DNA of 64,000 nt from a virus: the IMG/VR virus record IMGVR_UViG_3300032272_000002, positions 1 to 64,000 of that record; one strand, given 5' to 3'. Shown one piece after another: positions 10,419 to 20,959 of this stretch. Below the pieces are notes generated by a model. It did not search any database and was not told where the DNA came from. It saw nothing but the letters and a program-made list of their open reading frames with translations. The translations under genes and the position numbers were made by a program. Positions within the stretch are counted from its first letter, which is position 1, and every line of letters starts with the position of its first letter.

Positions 10419-10802
10419 GTGCGTAGTATTACTTATATCCTTTGTCTTGTTTTAGCTTGCAGCAGTTGCCAGTGTGATGTGGAAGTATCTTCTACTCCTA
10501 TAGAAGCAAGATTCGAAGATGGCGATATGGTACAGGTGAGACTGACTGGTGAAACTGGAGTTGTGCTTGACTCATGGTTTTCTGGTAGTGAATTTGAGGT
10601 TCGCATGCCCGACTACGAAGTTCGAAGATTCAAGAGATTTGAGTTGACTTTGCTGGAAGAACAAGATAGAGTAGATACGAGTGGTGAGAAGGTCTCGCCG
10701 CCAGCGGAGAAGTCCGCATCCGAAACCCCTAACACAATTTTCGACAATGAAAAAGTTTGGAACCCGCAGACCCAAAAATACGAAACGACCCGAGCTAATT
10801 AA
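10419..10802 (+). CDS. putative lipoprotein with SH3/KOW-like beta domain
   Basis: Hydrophobic N-terminus with Cys; FEDGDMVQVRLTGETGVV. Confidence 0.55.
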   Translation: MRSITYILCLVLACSSCQCDVEVSSTPIEARFEDGDMVQVRLTGETGVVLDSWFSGSEFEVRMPDYEVRRFKRFELTLLEEQDRVDTSGEKVSPPAEKSASETPNTIFDNEKVWNPQTQKYETTRAN

Positions 10803-11301
10803 GCTCGCGGTTACAGGTCCGCGTCCCGAGAACATGGAGGGCACTCCAGCCGCCTATGTTCGCAGCAGCATGCGAGATACTCTGGAAGTTTATCTAGAGG
10901 AGCATGATGGCCTTGTCCATGCCTACAGTGGTATGGCTCGTGGCATCGACACGATCTTTGCTACGCAAGCACTACGCATGGGCATCCCGCTCATCGCAGT
11001 CATCCCTTTCGAGGGTTTTGATGCACAGTGGAGTGCGGCTGATCGCCGCAAACTTCAAGAACTGTTGGCACAGGCCAAAGAAGTGCGAATCGTTTGCGAC
11101 GAGGGCTCCAAGGCAGCCTACCAAGCGAGAAACCAAGAAATGGTCGATAGCGTCAATACGCTCTTGGCTTATCAAGTGCCCGGCAAAGCCGGGGGCACTG
11201 CAAACTGTGTGGCCTACGCTAAGACCTCAAACACCCCTGTCCGTTCTACGGACATTACACAACTCTTTCCCACGCTCGATAAGAGCCTGTTCACCGAATA
11301 A
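10681..11301 (+). CDS. SLOG/YspA (DUF1273)-like protein (true start likely near 10800)
   Basis: AVTGPRP, SGMARGID, RNQEMVD and GGTANCV motifs. Confidence 0.8.
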   Translation: MVRRSRRQRRSPHPKPLTQFSTMKKFGTRRPKNTKRPELIKLAVTGPRPENMEGTPAAYVRSSMRDTLEVYLEEHDGLVHAYSGMARGIDTIFATQALRMGIPLIAVIPFEGFDAQWSAADRRKLQELLAQAKEVRIVCDEGSKAAYQARNQEMVDSVNTLLAYQVPGKAGGTANCVAYAKTSNTPVRSTDITQLFPTLDKSLFTE

Positions 11302-11303
11302 TT

Positions 11304-12431
11304 ATGAGCGATTTCAATATCAATTGCGACAGTGAAGATGTTGCAAAGGCCATCTCTGATCGATACCTCGTTGAAGAGGGATATAACTTGGCCCGCACTG
11401 GCCGTATGGTCAGTAGAGAACTTGCGAGCGATTTTGTCGCGAGCCTACAGCTTGACGGCTTTGATGTCTACGATCTTCGTGAGTTTGATGGGACCATCAC
11501 GGCCATTAGCCAAGATCGTAGCATCTATTTGTACGCCGCCTTCTCCAATGCGACTTACACTGATATTTATGTCAAAGAAGGCAATGTCGGCGGGATTGTT
11601 CAGTTCTTCAATAAACACAAGAAGTTCTTTCTTGAGAAGGATCCCGGCCACGTTCGTATCGACTATTACTTCAAAACGATGTTTGGTTCGCAGAACCGAA
11701 GTATCATGATGGCGAAGGATAAGATTCAGAATACTCTGCCCGAATTGTATCCTGATTACGATGTGGAGAAACTGGCGTCTCAGTACGCTGCTTCTCGTGA
11801 CAACATCCTACTTCTTGTTGGCGAGCCTGGTGTTGGTAAAACACAGTTCATTCGCTACGTCATGAAGGCTGGAGCGTACGATCAGATCGTCTACGTGAAA
11901 GACACCGCTGTCCTAGAGTCGGATGACTTCTGGATGGAGCACTCTGAGAGTAATGCTCAGCTTATGGTGTTCGACGATATGGATGACGTGCTGACTCCTC
12001 GTAACTCTGCACGTAAGAAGGGCGAGTCGGCCAAAGAGCATGTGGCCCGCAAAAACAATCCCTTCATGCGGAACGTTCTATCCTTCACGGACGGAATCTT
12101 TGAAAAAGAAACTAAAATCATCATTACGACAAATCAGCCTATTGCTGAGGTCGATGCGGCCCTGGTTCGCCCTGGCCGGTGTTTTGACTTTCTGACATTG
12201 CGGCCACTGTCGAATGCGGACGCTCGCGGCATCTGGGTCGATGTGCTGAAGAATGATGTGGGGCTTTTTGATGTGAAGTTTGCTGGCGTGGAGAGTATTA
12301 CGCAGGCGTCTTTGATGAGTGAGCACCAAATCGCTCAGTCGGAATTTAATGATCGGTCCTACGTGCGACGTGGCGACCGGCACTACACTATTGCGGATAA
12401 GATTCGCGAAAACGGAGTAAAGGTACGCTAA
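11304..12431 (+). CDS. AAA+ ATPase
   Basis: Walker A GEPGVGKT, Walker B VFDDMD, TTN sensor, DAALVRPGRCFD. Confidence 0.9.
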   Translation: MSDFNINCDSEDVAKAISDRYLVEEGYNLARTGRMVSRELASDFVASLQLDGFDVYDLREFDGTITAISQDRSIYLYAAFSNATYTDIYVKEGNVGGIVQFFNKHKKFFLEKDPGHVRIDYYFKTMFGSQNRSIMMAKDKIQNTLPELYPDYDVEKLASQYAASRDNILLLVGEPGVGKTQFIRYVMKAGAYDQIVYVKDTAVLESDDFWMEHSESNAQLMVFDDMDDVLTPRNSARKKGESAKEHVARKNNPFMRNVLSFTDGIFEKETKIIITTNQPIAEVDAALVRPGRCFDFLTLRPLSNADARGIWVDVLKNDVGLFDVKFAGVESITQASLMSEHQIAQSEFNDRSYVRRGDRHYTIADKIRENGVKVR

Positions 12432-12697
12432 TGGCTTTAACACCTGAAGACGCGGCAGTGCATAACGATGCTGCGATTAATGATGCGGCTGCTAAGATTG
12501 AGATTGAGATCGATAATGTGCTAGTTGCACGGTGGCACTCTGGTTGCTCTATGGTTGAGATTCCTGCACCCGAATTCACGGGCAAGTGGGCTGAACAGAT
12601 TGAGCATGTTGTCTCTGGCCGCTTTACTGGGGCTGGTTGGAAGATCGAAAGACAGCAGCAGCCTACTGAACGCTGGATCTTTAAGAGGGCTCGATAA
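12431..12697 (+). CDS. hypothetical protein
   Basis: TAATG-coupled ORF. Confidence 0.55.
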   Translation: MALTPEDAAVHNDAAINDAAAKIEIEIDNVLVARWHSGCSMVEIPAPEFTGKWAEQIEHVVSGRFTGAGWKIERQQQPTERWIFKRAR

Positions 12698-13443
12698 ATG
12701 GCTAGTTGGGGCATTAAGAATGCTGCCACATATGCATGTGGCGACACTATAACAATCACGAAGATTGCTTGGTTGCCTATTGTGTGTGATGACAAGCGAA
12801 AGTACTGGCTTGAGAGTGTCGTATACACATATAAGGTGAACTCAGAAGACGCTTTAGAGATGGAGGGATTCACAAGTGGCGAAGTACCCCACTACTCACA
12901 CTGCGATAGTTACGAGAAATTCGCGTGGGAGCTAGTGTCACTACTGCCCCTTCGCACACCTAAGTAACTGAGTAGCTTGGTTTGAAGATTTGGGGTATGC
13001 GTGTTTGCAAACCACCCCCCGCCATTCGGGACTTACATATCCCGTACAGAATGAAAAAACCCCCCACCCCCCTGTCATTATGGCAGAGAGGTGGCGGGCC
13101 AGGAAACAAACACACAGGAAACGTGTTCTTTACATATAGTGAACGATATCTTTAGCAGATTCGCTCAATTGTTTTTTTGCTTTGAGCAATGCACTATAAA
13201 CCGGAGATGTTTCGATATACTGCTCAAGTATCATGTCAAGCGTGTGTGCCATACCGCACACGGTATTCATTGCATGATCCACGTTGGCAGTACATAGGTC
13301 ACTGTCCTTCGTGTGCCTCACGCCCCGCATACCATCGGCCCCTATGCTGGACATATGCGGCACCCTTAGGTCCATGTCCTCCCCGCATACGTAGCACGTA
13401 CCCCTGCGGTGGGCGGGCGGCCCCTGGGCGTAGCACTTGACCA

Positions 13444-13650
13444 CTAGCGGCCCCCCATGATGGCGTCAAGCTCGGCCATGCTGCGGGCCTTGTCGAAGCC
13501 CCTGCGGGCGGGCTTGTTGCTCTTCGTGTCGAGCGTCCGCACGGCGGGAAGCCCGCATGCACGACGGGAGAGGACCTCCTGAGCGTCGGAGAGAGAGATC
13601 GGGCTGCGGAACTTGCCGCCGTTGCCTTTTGTGTTGAGCTTGCTTTGCAT
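13444..13650 (-). CDS. small basic hypothetical protein
   Basis: Minus-strand ORF below a TTGCAT...TATACT promoter. Confidence 0.55.
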   Translation of the reverse strand: MQSKLNTKGNGGKFRSPISLSDAQEVLSRRACGLPAVRTLDTKSNKPARRGFDKARSMAELDAIMGGR

Positions 13651-13733
13651 GATGTTGTTTCCTGTTTCCGTTTCCTGAATCTGCTAGAGTATACCCCAGG
13701 CTAGGGGATATGCAAGGGAAAACCCCTTTATTT

Positions 13734-13886
13734 TTATCGCCCCATGCGGCAGGCAACTTCTTCCGCCTCCGTACGTGCCTCCTGCTCGGTCATACGCCAC
13801 ACGAACACGAAGCACTGTCCTGCGACTTCGATGCTGACCTTGACGTTACCATGGAGGGCGGGCTCGATTGTGATGTTCGTTTCCAT
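13734..13886 (-). CDS. 50-aa hypothetical protein not in the ORF track (METNITIEPAL...RMGR)
   Basis: Translated by hand; a GATAAG -10-like box sits just before the ATG, as for neighbouring genes. Confidence 0.55.
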   Translation of the reverse strand: METNITIEPALHGNVKVSIEVAGQCFVFVWRMTEQEARTEAEEVACRMGR

Positions 13887-14097
13887 AGTACTCTTATCGG
13901 CATACGTGCCCCTATGCTGTAGTACTAAATCGGATTTATCACAGCGATAAATAGAGAAATATATACATACCCTAGGTGTGCGTGTACTGCCCCGTATGCC
14001 CGCGTGGGCCAGGCCAGCGTGGCTTAGCTACGTGCAAAATAATATAGGCCCATACAGGGCGGGGCACATAGGCCCCTGCCCCTGCTAGGCCCCTGCC

Positions 14098-14331
14098 CTA
14101 CAGGTCAATATCCTCGGCCATAGCGTAGGTGTCCGTGGTGACCCAACCCTCCTCGATACCCTCGGGACCGTACACTACGGCGGGCCCGTTGTATCCGTGG
14201 CGGGCCGCTGCCAGGAAGGCCGCATGCGGCACGTTGCCTTCGTCCGTGGTGATGATCTCGGTCGGAGCATCGGGGGCGAGGGGGAGGCCGTCCAGGACCA
14301 CGATGTACGTTGCTTTCTTGTTCGTTTCCAT
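14098..14331 (-). CDS. hypothetical protein, leaderless
   Basis: GATAAT-ACAGGT-ATG. Confidence 0.6.
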   Translation of the reverse strand: METNKKATYIVVLDGLPLAPDAPTEIITTDEGNVPHAAFLAAARHGYNGPAVVYGPEGIEEGWVTTDTYAMAEDIDL

Positions 14332-14530
14332 ACCTGTATTATCGGCTATCGGGACAGGAAACCGTAGGACAAACTTGGAAATCTAGCATAGAAATAAATA
14401 CCCTGCTGAGAGGCCCTGTACTGCCCCGTATGGGATTATCGGCCCGGCCCGCGTGGCTTAGCTACGCATAAAATAATTGGGCCAAAAACAGGCCGCCCGG
14501 AGGCGGCCTGCGAGGCCCGTAGGCCCTAGC

Positions 14531-15148
14531 TCAGCGGGAAACTTTTCCCCAGGGGAGGCCCCAGTTCTGGGCACATTTCGGCCCGTAGCCTACGGAAAGA
14601 CTTTCCGGGGTGGAAAGCTCGATCTGGCAGAACCGGCAGGAGCCCAATTCCAGGCCGGAAGAAATTGCGTAGTTCTTGGGATCTTGAGCGAAAGTCGCCA
14701 AAAAGGCGAGATCGAGATCCTTGAAGTTCCTTCCGGGAACGAATTGCCCCTCAGGGGTGATGTACCCGAAATACTTTCCGGGGTAGCTTCCCTGGGCTAC
14801 GTGGATCGAGCCTGCGTTCCGGGAGTGGATTCCCGCGAGGGAAAACTTTGCCTGCGGGAAGATCATTTTCGGGCGTTTCATTCCCTTGGCCGTAGCGTGA
14901 GAGAACAGGGAAACGATTTCCTTGCAGCTCGGAAGCTCCTGAATTGCCTCAGGGGCGACTTTGGGGGCGAGCGTGGCCACGGCCAACTTGTGGACCCAGG
15001 GCCACTGGCGGTCGCTCAGGCGGCCCTTGCGGGCGTACTGCGTTGCAAGGGACAGGGCGAAGGTCGAGGTGAGCTTGGAAACGATTTCCACGGCTTCCTG
15101 GTTCGTGAGGTCGCTCGTGAAAGTTTCGCCTTTGAGAGTGTACTGCAT
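14531..15148 (-). CDS. DUF6011-like zinc-finger protein
   Basis: C-terminal CRFCQIELSTPESLSVGYGPKCA. Confidence 0.7.
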   Translation of the reverse strand: MQYTLKGETFTSDLTNQEAVEIVSKLTSTFALSLATQYARKGRLSDRQWPWVHKLAVATLAPKVAPEAIQELPSCKEIVSLFSHATAKGMKRPKMIFPQAKFSLAGIHSRNAGSIHVAQGSYPGKYFGYITPEGQFVPGRNFKDLDLAFLATFAQDPKNYAISSGLELGSCRFCQIELSTPESLSVGYGPKCAQNWGLPWGKVSR

Positions 15149-15342
15149 TGCTTTCCTTGTTTGGTTTCCGTCCCCGCTCCATTGCAGGGTACGATATAAT
15201 ACCATAGAATACTAGAAAGGCAAACGGATAATATCTATCTTACAATTCCCTTACAATCGCTCAGATCGCTCTGTGCTCGCGTATGCTGGCAGTACCGCAA
15301 AACTGCGTGGCTTAGCTACGTGCAAAATCAGGGAGGCCCGCA

Positions 15343-15364
15343 GGGGCGAGCCTGAGCCCGCCCC
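15343..15364 (-). terminator. GC-rich hairpin GGGGCGAGCCTGAGCCCGCCCC; variants near 15956, 16668, 17452, 17921, 22387
   Basis: Inverted repeat just after minus-strand stop codons, followed by a T-run on the minus strand. Confidence 0.6.
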
Positions 15365-15371
15365 GTGGCCC

Positions 15372-15713
15372 CTAGCCCCAATGGATCGGGCGGCCCGCAG
15401 CTAGTGCGTCCAAGGCCAACCGCAGCATAGCGGAGGCATAGTAGGAAATTTGTTCCTGGCTCAGCCCGTAGTCGATGATCCGACAGACCGACTTGACGCC
15501 CTCGGAAGAAATTTCCACCCCGTGGTTGTCCGTGGTTTCCTTCGTGTGCCCCACGGGATCGGCAACCGCTAGGCTACTGATAACGGTCTGGGCCTCGACC
15601 TCACCGCAGTAGTCGAACGGCACGCCGATCAGCTCGCAGACCGTCTCTGCGTTGCGGTTGGATACGTTCAAGCCATCGACCCCCGAACCTTCGAAATTGA
15701 ATGTCACGCTCAT
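15372..15713 (-). CDS. hypothetical protein, leaderless
   Basis: GATAAT-ATACACC-ATG. Confidence 0.65.
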   Translation of the reverse strand: MSVTFNFEGSGVDGLNVSNRNAETVCELIGVPFDYCGEVEAQTVISSLAVADPVGHTKETTDNHGVEISSEGVKSVCRIIDYGLSQEQISYYASAMLRLALDALAAGRPIHWG

Positions 15714-16774
15714 GGTGTATATTATCGGCTATTGAGCCTGGAAACGTGAGATCATAATAACTGTCTTACAATCCCTTTACATCCTCTCAGACGCTCTGTA
15801 CTGCCCTGTGCGGGCATATCTCCGGATAGGTGTCCCAGGGCCTATTCAGGGAGAAACGCGATTTCGGCAATATTTTCCACCGCTGTACTGCCGCGTGCTG
15901 GCACTTCGCCCGTGCCCGCGTGGCTTAGCTACGGCCATAAAAATACAGCCCCAGAGGGGCGAGCCTAGGGGGCCTGAGCGGCCCGCTAGACCCCTTCCTC
16001 GTCGGAACATTCTTCGCCTGCCAGCAACATGATCCCGATGCCGACGAAAATCATTCCGACCCACCACGGGGCATCGAATAGGACCATGGACATGATGCCG
16101 AAGTAGATGTAGAACATTTTTCCTAGTTCCCTTCGATCCATTTTTTCCAGTCGGCATCCGTCCAGAGAGCGGTGCAGACGGGAGGAACCGGGAATTCTTT
16201 GCCGGAAAGAATGGCGTTCAATTCGGCGGGAGTGTCGGCGGTACGGGCGGAAGTTTTTTCGACCTCACCAGAAGCGTGGTGGATCTCGAAGGGAATTTCT
16301 TTCATAGTGTTAGCTTTGGAGGCTTTTCAGGGTGGCGAGGGCAAGCGTCAGAGCGTAGACCATAGGGCCGCCCAGGAAGACCAGGACGAGCACGTAGTTC
16401 GGAGTCGCGTGCAGTAGGCTCTTGATTGCTTGCTTCATAGTATACTTATCGGCACCACGGCCCCAGAACTATAGTGCTAAACCGAGAATCACGACGAAAA
16501 GAGCAGAGAGCCAAAACAGAAATAATTGCTTCATACCATAGTATACCGCACGACTTGAGCGAATGCTATCTATTTACTCTTTCTTTACAAAGCCCTGTAC
16601 TCGCTTGTGCTGGCACCTAGGCCCGGCCCGCGTGGCTTAGCCACGGGCAAAAAATGAAACCCCCGTAGGGGCGAGCCTAGGCCCGCTCCAGGATCGCAGA
16701 GACGATTCCCAGTATGAAAATGATTCCGCCTACCACCAGGCATCCCAGGAGGTAGGCGGAAGATTCTTCGTCGT

Positions 16775-17275
16775 TCATTTCAGGAGGACGAAATTTTCTC
16801 CCTTGAAAGAGATTCCTTGGATGGAAGAGAGAGCGTAGTCGCGAACGAGAATTTCTTTCTCGGTCTTCTGGCGGCTGCTAGTGCTACGCTTGGGAAGGAA
16901 CGGGGCCACATCGTCCTGGGAAAGACTTTCGCCTTTACCGTTCTGGTACTCGTGGCCGAGAGCTTTTTCGACTTTCGTCTCCAGGTAGATTTTTCCCTTG
17001 TGCTGGACCAGCATGGGGGAAATCTTTTCACCCCAGGCACGGGGGGCCGACTCGAAATCGGCGGGAACATTGTTCTCGCGGGACCGTTGGCGGTTTACCG
17101 CGTTGTCATACTGGAATCCCAGCGTGACGTTGACGCGGGAGACCTTGAACACGGGTCCAAGGGTGTTTCCCGTCTTCCGGAGGCGGGCATCGGTTTTCGT
17201 GATGATCGTGGCGAACGTCGCACCACGGACAGAGTTCAGGAGGGCGAGAAGCTCGCCGGTCGTGATTGCTTTCAT
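16775..17275 (-). CDS. hypothetical phage protein (MKAITTGELL...)
   Basis: TGG-TATTAT-TCTGGC-ATG leaderless start; the longer ORF-track start runs through a repeat element. Confidence 0.7.
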   Translation of the reverse strand: MKAITTGELLALLNSVRGATFATIITKTDARLRKTGNTLGPVFKVSRVNVTLGFQYDNAVNRQRSRENNVPADFESAPRAWGEKISPMLVQHKGKIYLETKVEKALGHEYQNGKGESLSQDDVAPFLPKRSTSSRQKTEKEILVRDYALSSIQGISFKGENFVLLK

Positions 17276-17480
17276 GCCAGAATAATACCATGGTGAGGGC
17301 GAGAAGCAAACGGATATCGGCCTTCTTACGTGCGTCTTACAAAGTCGCCGTGAAATAGTTTCATACCTCTGAGAGCCTCTGTACGCTCGCGTATGCTCGC
17401 CGGGGGCGGGCGTGCGTGGCTTAGCTACGGGCGAAAAAAGATAACGCGAGAGGGGCGAGCCTGAGCCCGCCCCGTCCATC

Positions 17481-17768
17481 CTAGGCCGCTTCCAAGCCGG
17501 AAGTATCTTCCGCCAGCAGGGCCATGTAGGTGGAAACAACTTCCGCACGGAACTTCGTTCGCCCGAACCCGTGACGCTGGCAGATATCGTCAATTTCTTC
17601 CCACAGGGAAACATTGATCGCATAGACCTCCTCGAAGGAAATTTCTTCCGAGATCATAGCGTCCCCGTGAGTGTGAAAAAGCTTCCACGCGAGAGGGCCA
17701 GCAAAATGGGCGAGTTCCGTACCGTTGATTCCGTCTTCCATATAATACTCTTCGGCACAATGCCCCAC
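17481..17768 (-). CDS. hypothetical protein
   Basis: Fills one repeat-delimited module. Confidence 0.55.
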   Translation of the reverse strand: MGHCAEEYYMEDGINGTELAHFAGPLAWKLFHTHGDAMISEEISFEEVYAINVSLWEEIDDICQRHGFGRTKFRAEVVSTYMALLAEDTSGLEAA

Positions 17769-17956
17769 TAGACTATAGGGGAATCGGTGAGTTTACGTTT
17801 CCCTTACAAACGAGAAATAGGAAAATAGTACATACACCAGGAACGCCGTGGGCCGCCCCGTATGCTCGTTTCCCGCCCGCCCGCGTGGCTTAGCTACGCA
17901 CAAAATATGGGAGGCCCGTAGGGGCGAGCCTGAGCCCGCCCCGTGGCCCCTAGGGC

Positions 17957-18223
17957 CTAGGTGATGTCGCCCGGTTGGAAAACAATGACGTTCCCGAAAA
18001 TGGGCTGCCCGTAGTTCGACCGGGAACAAAGTGCCGATGCCACGGAATTGATTTCCGGGTCATTTTTGCACAGTGCCTCTTCGTCGCACCAGAGTTCTTT
18101 TCCCTCATCGGTGGGAACAATTTGCCCCATCCGGGCGTCGATGGCTTCGTTCCACGTCTGGAAACCGTTTCCGACTTCCCGCTCTTCGGACGTGCCATCG
18201 GTAAGAATTACCCTGCGAATCAT
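17957..18223 (-). CDS. DUF3846-like protein
   Basis: LWCDEEAL...INSVASAL...IFGNVIV pattern. Confidence 0.65.
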   Translation of the reverse strand: MIRRVILTDGTSEEREVGNGFQTWNEAIDARMGQIVPTDEGKELWCDEEALCKNDPEINSVASALCSRSNYGQPIFGNVIVFQPGDIT

Positions 18224-18613
18224 TTTCTATTCTCCTGTCAGTTCCTGGAAAGATGTTCCGTGCAGCATGGTAGGATCTTCCACCGCACGGCGTGCAATGT
18301 TTTCCGCCGCCTTGTCAAGCTCGACCGGGCAGATTTTTCCGTTCACCCAGAACCGCTTGATGCGGGAAAGCATTTCAATGGCGGAAAGGGCTTCGGGCTC
18401 TTCGTTGGGGGTCGTTTCGCTCGTTTCCATGCCAAACAATACCACGGTGGGGAATTGATGTCGGCAAAATCCCCTTTTCTAATTGTTCGAGAATTGTAAA
18501 CGCCAAAACGCCGTGTACTGCCCCGTACGGGCACGGCCCACGGGCCCGCGTGGCTTAGCTACCTGCGAAATTCGAAACGCCGTCAGAAGCGAGGAGAGGC
18601 CGTCAGAAAAGAC

Positions 18614-18642
18614 TTGACGCCCGCCGAAAAGCGGGATATACT
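18614..18642 (+). promoter_or_regulatory. sigma70-type promoter pointing against the minus-strand genes (similar promoters at 19387-19415 and 23424-23451)
   Basis: TTGACG-17nt-TATACT; TTGACA-17nt-TATACT; TTGACT-16nt-TATACT. Confidence 0.7.
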
Positions 18643-18766
18643 TCGGTGTTGGAAGTTTGTGCCGGAACTATGTTCCCTGCCATTTTGGCATGGGAAATAT
18701 ATTCTCTTACAAAACTCTTACAATGTTAAGGGAATGTAAAGGCAGTATTTTCCCATATATATACGT

Positions 18767-18790
18767 TAAGGGAAAATCTCACACTTCTAC
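18767..18790 (+). repeat. TAAGGG-N-CTTCTA dispersed motif (8 copies)
   Basis: TAA at 18767, 19517, 23592, 26901, 26935, 26983, 27591, 48868; CTA 20 nt later (21 nt at 27591). Confidence 0.75.
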
Positions 18791-18995
18791 GGTTTCTAGG
18801 ATACGTCCTAAAGATATAGGTAGATAGGGGCTCCCTCGACCGTGCGTGCCGGTGATGACCCACGCGGGGAGCCTGTAGGTTCCAACGGCTCCCGCCTCCC
18901 TACTTACAAGGTTGGGACTTACGATTCACCCGCTTGATCCCTTCCGTTTCGGTACTTTGCAGCGTTCAGCGTGCAGGATACCGCGATCCCCTATT

Positions 18996-19193
18996 CTACA
19001 GTAGCTCTTCGGGAAGGTCTCCCTCCGCGACCCAAGTCTCTAGCAGGGTCTCGGCACACTCTTCGGGGTCCACCCCATCGTCGAAGAGGTCTCGCACCAT
19101 GACGAGATCGGGCATATCGTCGGCGTCCATGCCGATCTTGTGGGACACGATGAGGTTGACTTGCTTCCACCACGCTTTGAATGTCGTTTCCAT
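18996..19193 (-). CDS. acidic hypothetical protein, leaderless
   Basis: TGG-TACTAT-AGAGC-ATG. Confidence 0.65.
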   Translation of the reverse strand: METTFKAWWKQVNLIVSHKIGMDADDMPDLVMVRDLFDDGVDPEECAETLLETWVAEGDLPEELL

Positions 19194-20102
19194 GCTCTAT
19201 AGTACCACAGTATAGGCGAGAGGTCGAGAGAATCTGGAAATATGATATAGAAATAAGTACCACACCTCAAGGCCGCTGTACTGCCTTGTGAGCGAGGATC
19301 TCCGAGGCCCACGTAGCTAAGCTACCTGCGTGAAAATTGACGCCCACACGGGGCCGTACAACCCGCTCCAGCAGTCTGCTTTTCGCTTGACAGCGTGGCC
19401 CCGGTGCGGTATACTTAGGCAGTTCTTTCCCGCGAACTATGTTCCTGGGTAATTTTTTCTTTTACAGGGTTTTTACAAGGTAAAGATTCTGTAAATATAT
19501 TCTTATATATGTATGTTAAGGCGAAAACACAAACTTCTAAGGTTTCTGGGTTGACATAAAAAAGCGGACCAGCCTGGGGAGACTGGCCCGCCATCGGAAA
19601 GGAGGAGAGAGAAACCTAGGGACCTGCGTTGCTCGGGTTACTGACCCCCGTTGTTGTGGGTGTCGATGTCAGCGATGATCTTTTCCATGGCTGCCCATGT
19701 GGGCATCTGCGGAAAGTGTACTTGGTGCCCGCCATCGTTCGTGATGTAAAAGCCTTGGCTTTCTTGCGGGCCGTCGAAGACTCGTAGCACGCCGAGAACT
19801 TTCTTCTCGGTGCGATAGAACCGCTTGGTGAACCGGAAGATCCTTCCCTTGACCCTGGACTGTACCAGTTCGCGTTGTTCGATCATTTCTTGCATGTTTA
19901 GTCCTCGTATACGGGACTGTCGTCCCATTCGCTGGCCCAGTCGTCCAGCTCCTCATCGGTGATCGGCTCAGGCTCGGGGGCGTTCTCGTGGGCGTCGATA
20001 CGCTCCAGCTCCTCGGCCATCTCCTCGTACCAATCCCCCATGATTTCGTTTCTCTCGTTCATGGTTGAATAGTACCACGCTATCGCGTGATGTCAAGCGA
20101 TC

Positions 20103-20408
20103 TTACCAGGAAACGGTGATGATGTAATCACCCTCGGGGATGATGTCACGACGTACCATTTCGAGCAGGAAGGTGCGAGGCCCCCACATCTGCTTACGAC
20201 CCTGCGACTGTACCCATTCCATTAGGCGGGTATCTTCCTGTAGCTCCTGAATGGCCTGTGCCTTCGTGATGCCGTCGAACTCGTGCGAGGTATCGTTACC
20301 GCACTCCATGTCGCAAGGCATTTCATACGGAAAGCCCCACTCTTCCTGGATCTTTCTTTCCAGGTCGCCATAGTCCACGCGATGAACGGATTTCGTTTCG
20401 ATTCTCAT
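20103..20408 (-). CDS. hypothetical protein
   Basis: Coupled ORF in a minus-strand operon. Confidence 0.6.
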   Translation of the reverse strand: MRIETKSVHRVDYGDLERKIQEEWGFPYEMPCDMECGNDTSHEFDGITKAQAIQELQEDTRLMEWVQSQGRKQMWGPRTFLLEMVRRDIIPEGDYIITVSW

Positions 20409-20779
20409 AGTGAGTTGATGTTCAGGATGTCGGAAGGAAAACCACCGTCCCGCAAGTGCTTGCGGGCTAGTCTCTTTGCGAACCGCCCAAGTATAGCACG
20501 GGACTGCATGCGGCGTCGGAGTGCGTCCGCATTTACTCCGCGACCCGTGGTAGGGTTACCGTTACGCTCCAGCCACGCGAGCCTATTCGCTTGCGTGTTC
20601 AGCTCCATGAGCTTATTGTAGGCAGCGGTAGCCTTGGCCCCATCGCTCATCTTGAGCGGGGATCGGTAGCGGGGTGTCGCGTGGACTTGGCAAGGCAGGT
20701 AGCAGGTGCCACAGTATACCCAGCCGCTACCGTCAATCGGAAGATCCTTCTTGCAGCGTTCGCACTTATCGAATTGCAT
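20405..20779 (-). CDS. hypothetical protein with N-terminal CxxC...CxxC zinc ribbon
   Basis: CERC...CGTC. Confidence 0.55.
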   Translation of the reverse strand: MQFDKCERCKKDLPIDGSGWVYCGTCYLPCQVHATPRYRSPLKMSDGAKATAAYNKLMELNTQANRLAWLERNGNPTTGRGVNADALRRRMQSRAILGRFAKRLARKHLRDGGFPSDILNINSL

Positions 20780-20959
20780 GATATTCTACCACGTTGAACC
20801 CTACCGGGTTGTGTGCCGTCAGCTTTTCAGCGTCCTTTTCTGCTTCCTCGCGAGAGTCATAGATTTTGCCAGGCTCTACACCCGTTGCCTCGCACGCTGG
20901 CCCACAGTAGGGCCAAGCCGGGGAGCGGGTTGATTTGTGGATCGAAAACCTCATGACGC

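Noticed and set aside
14020-14035. Sigma-54 promoter reading of TGGC...TGC in the palindrome
   Set aside because: GG-to-GC spacing is 11 nt rather than the required 10, and only some copies have it.
18826-18900. Possible hammerhead ribozyme in the GGCTCCC/GGGAGCC structured intergenic DNA
   Set aside because: The CUGAnGA and GAAA core could not be placed on either strand.
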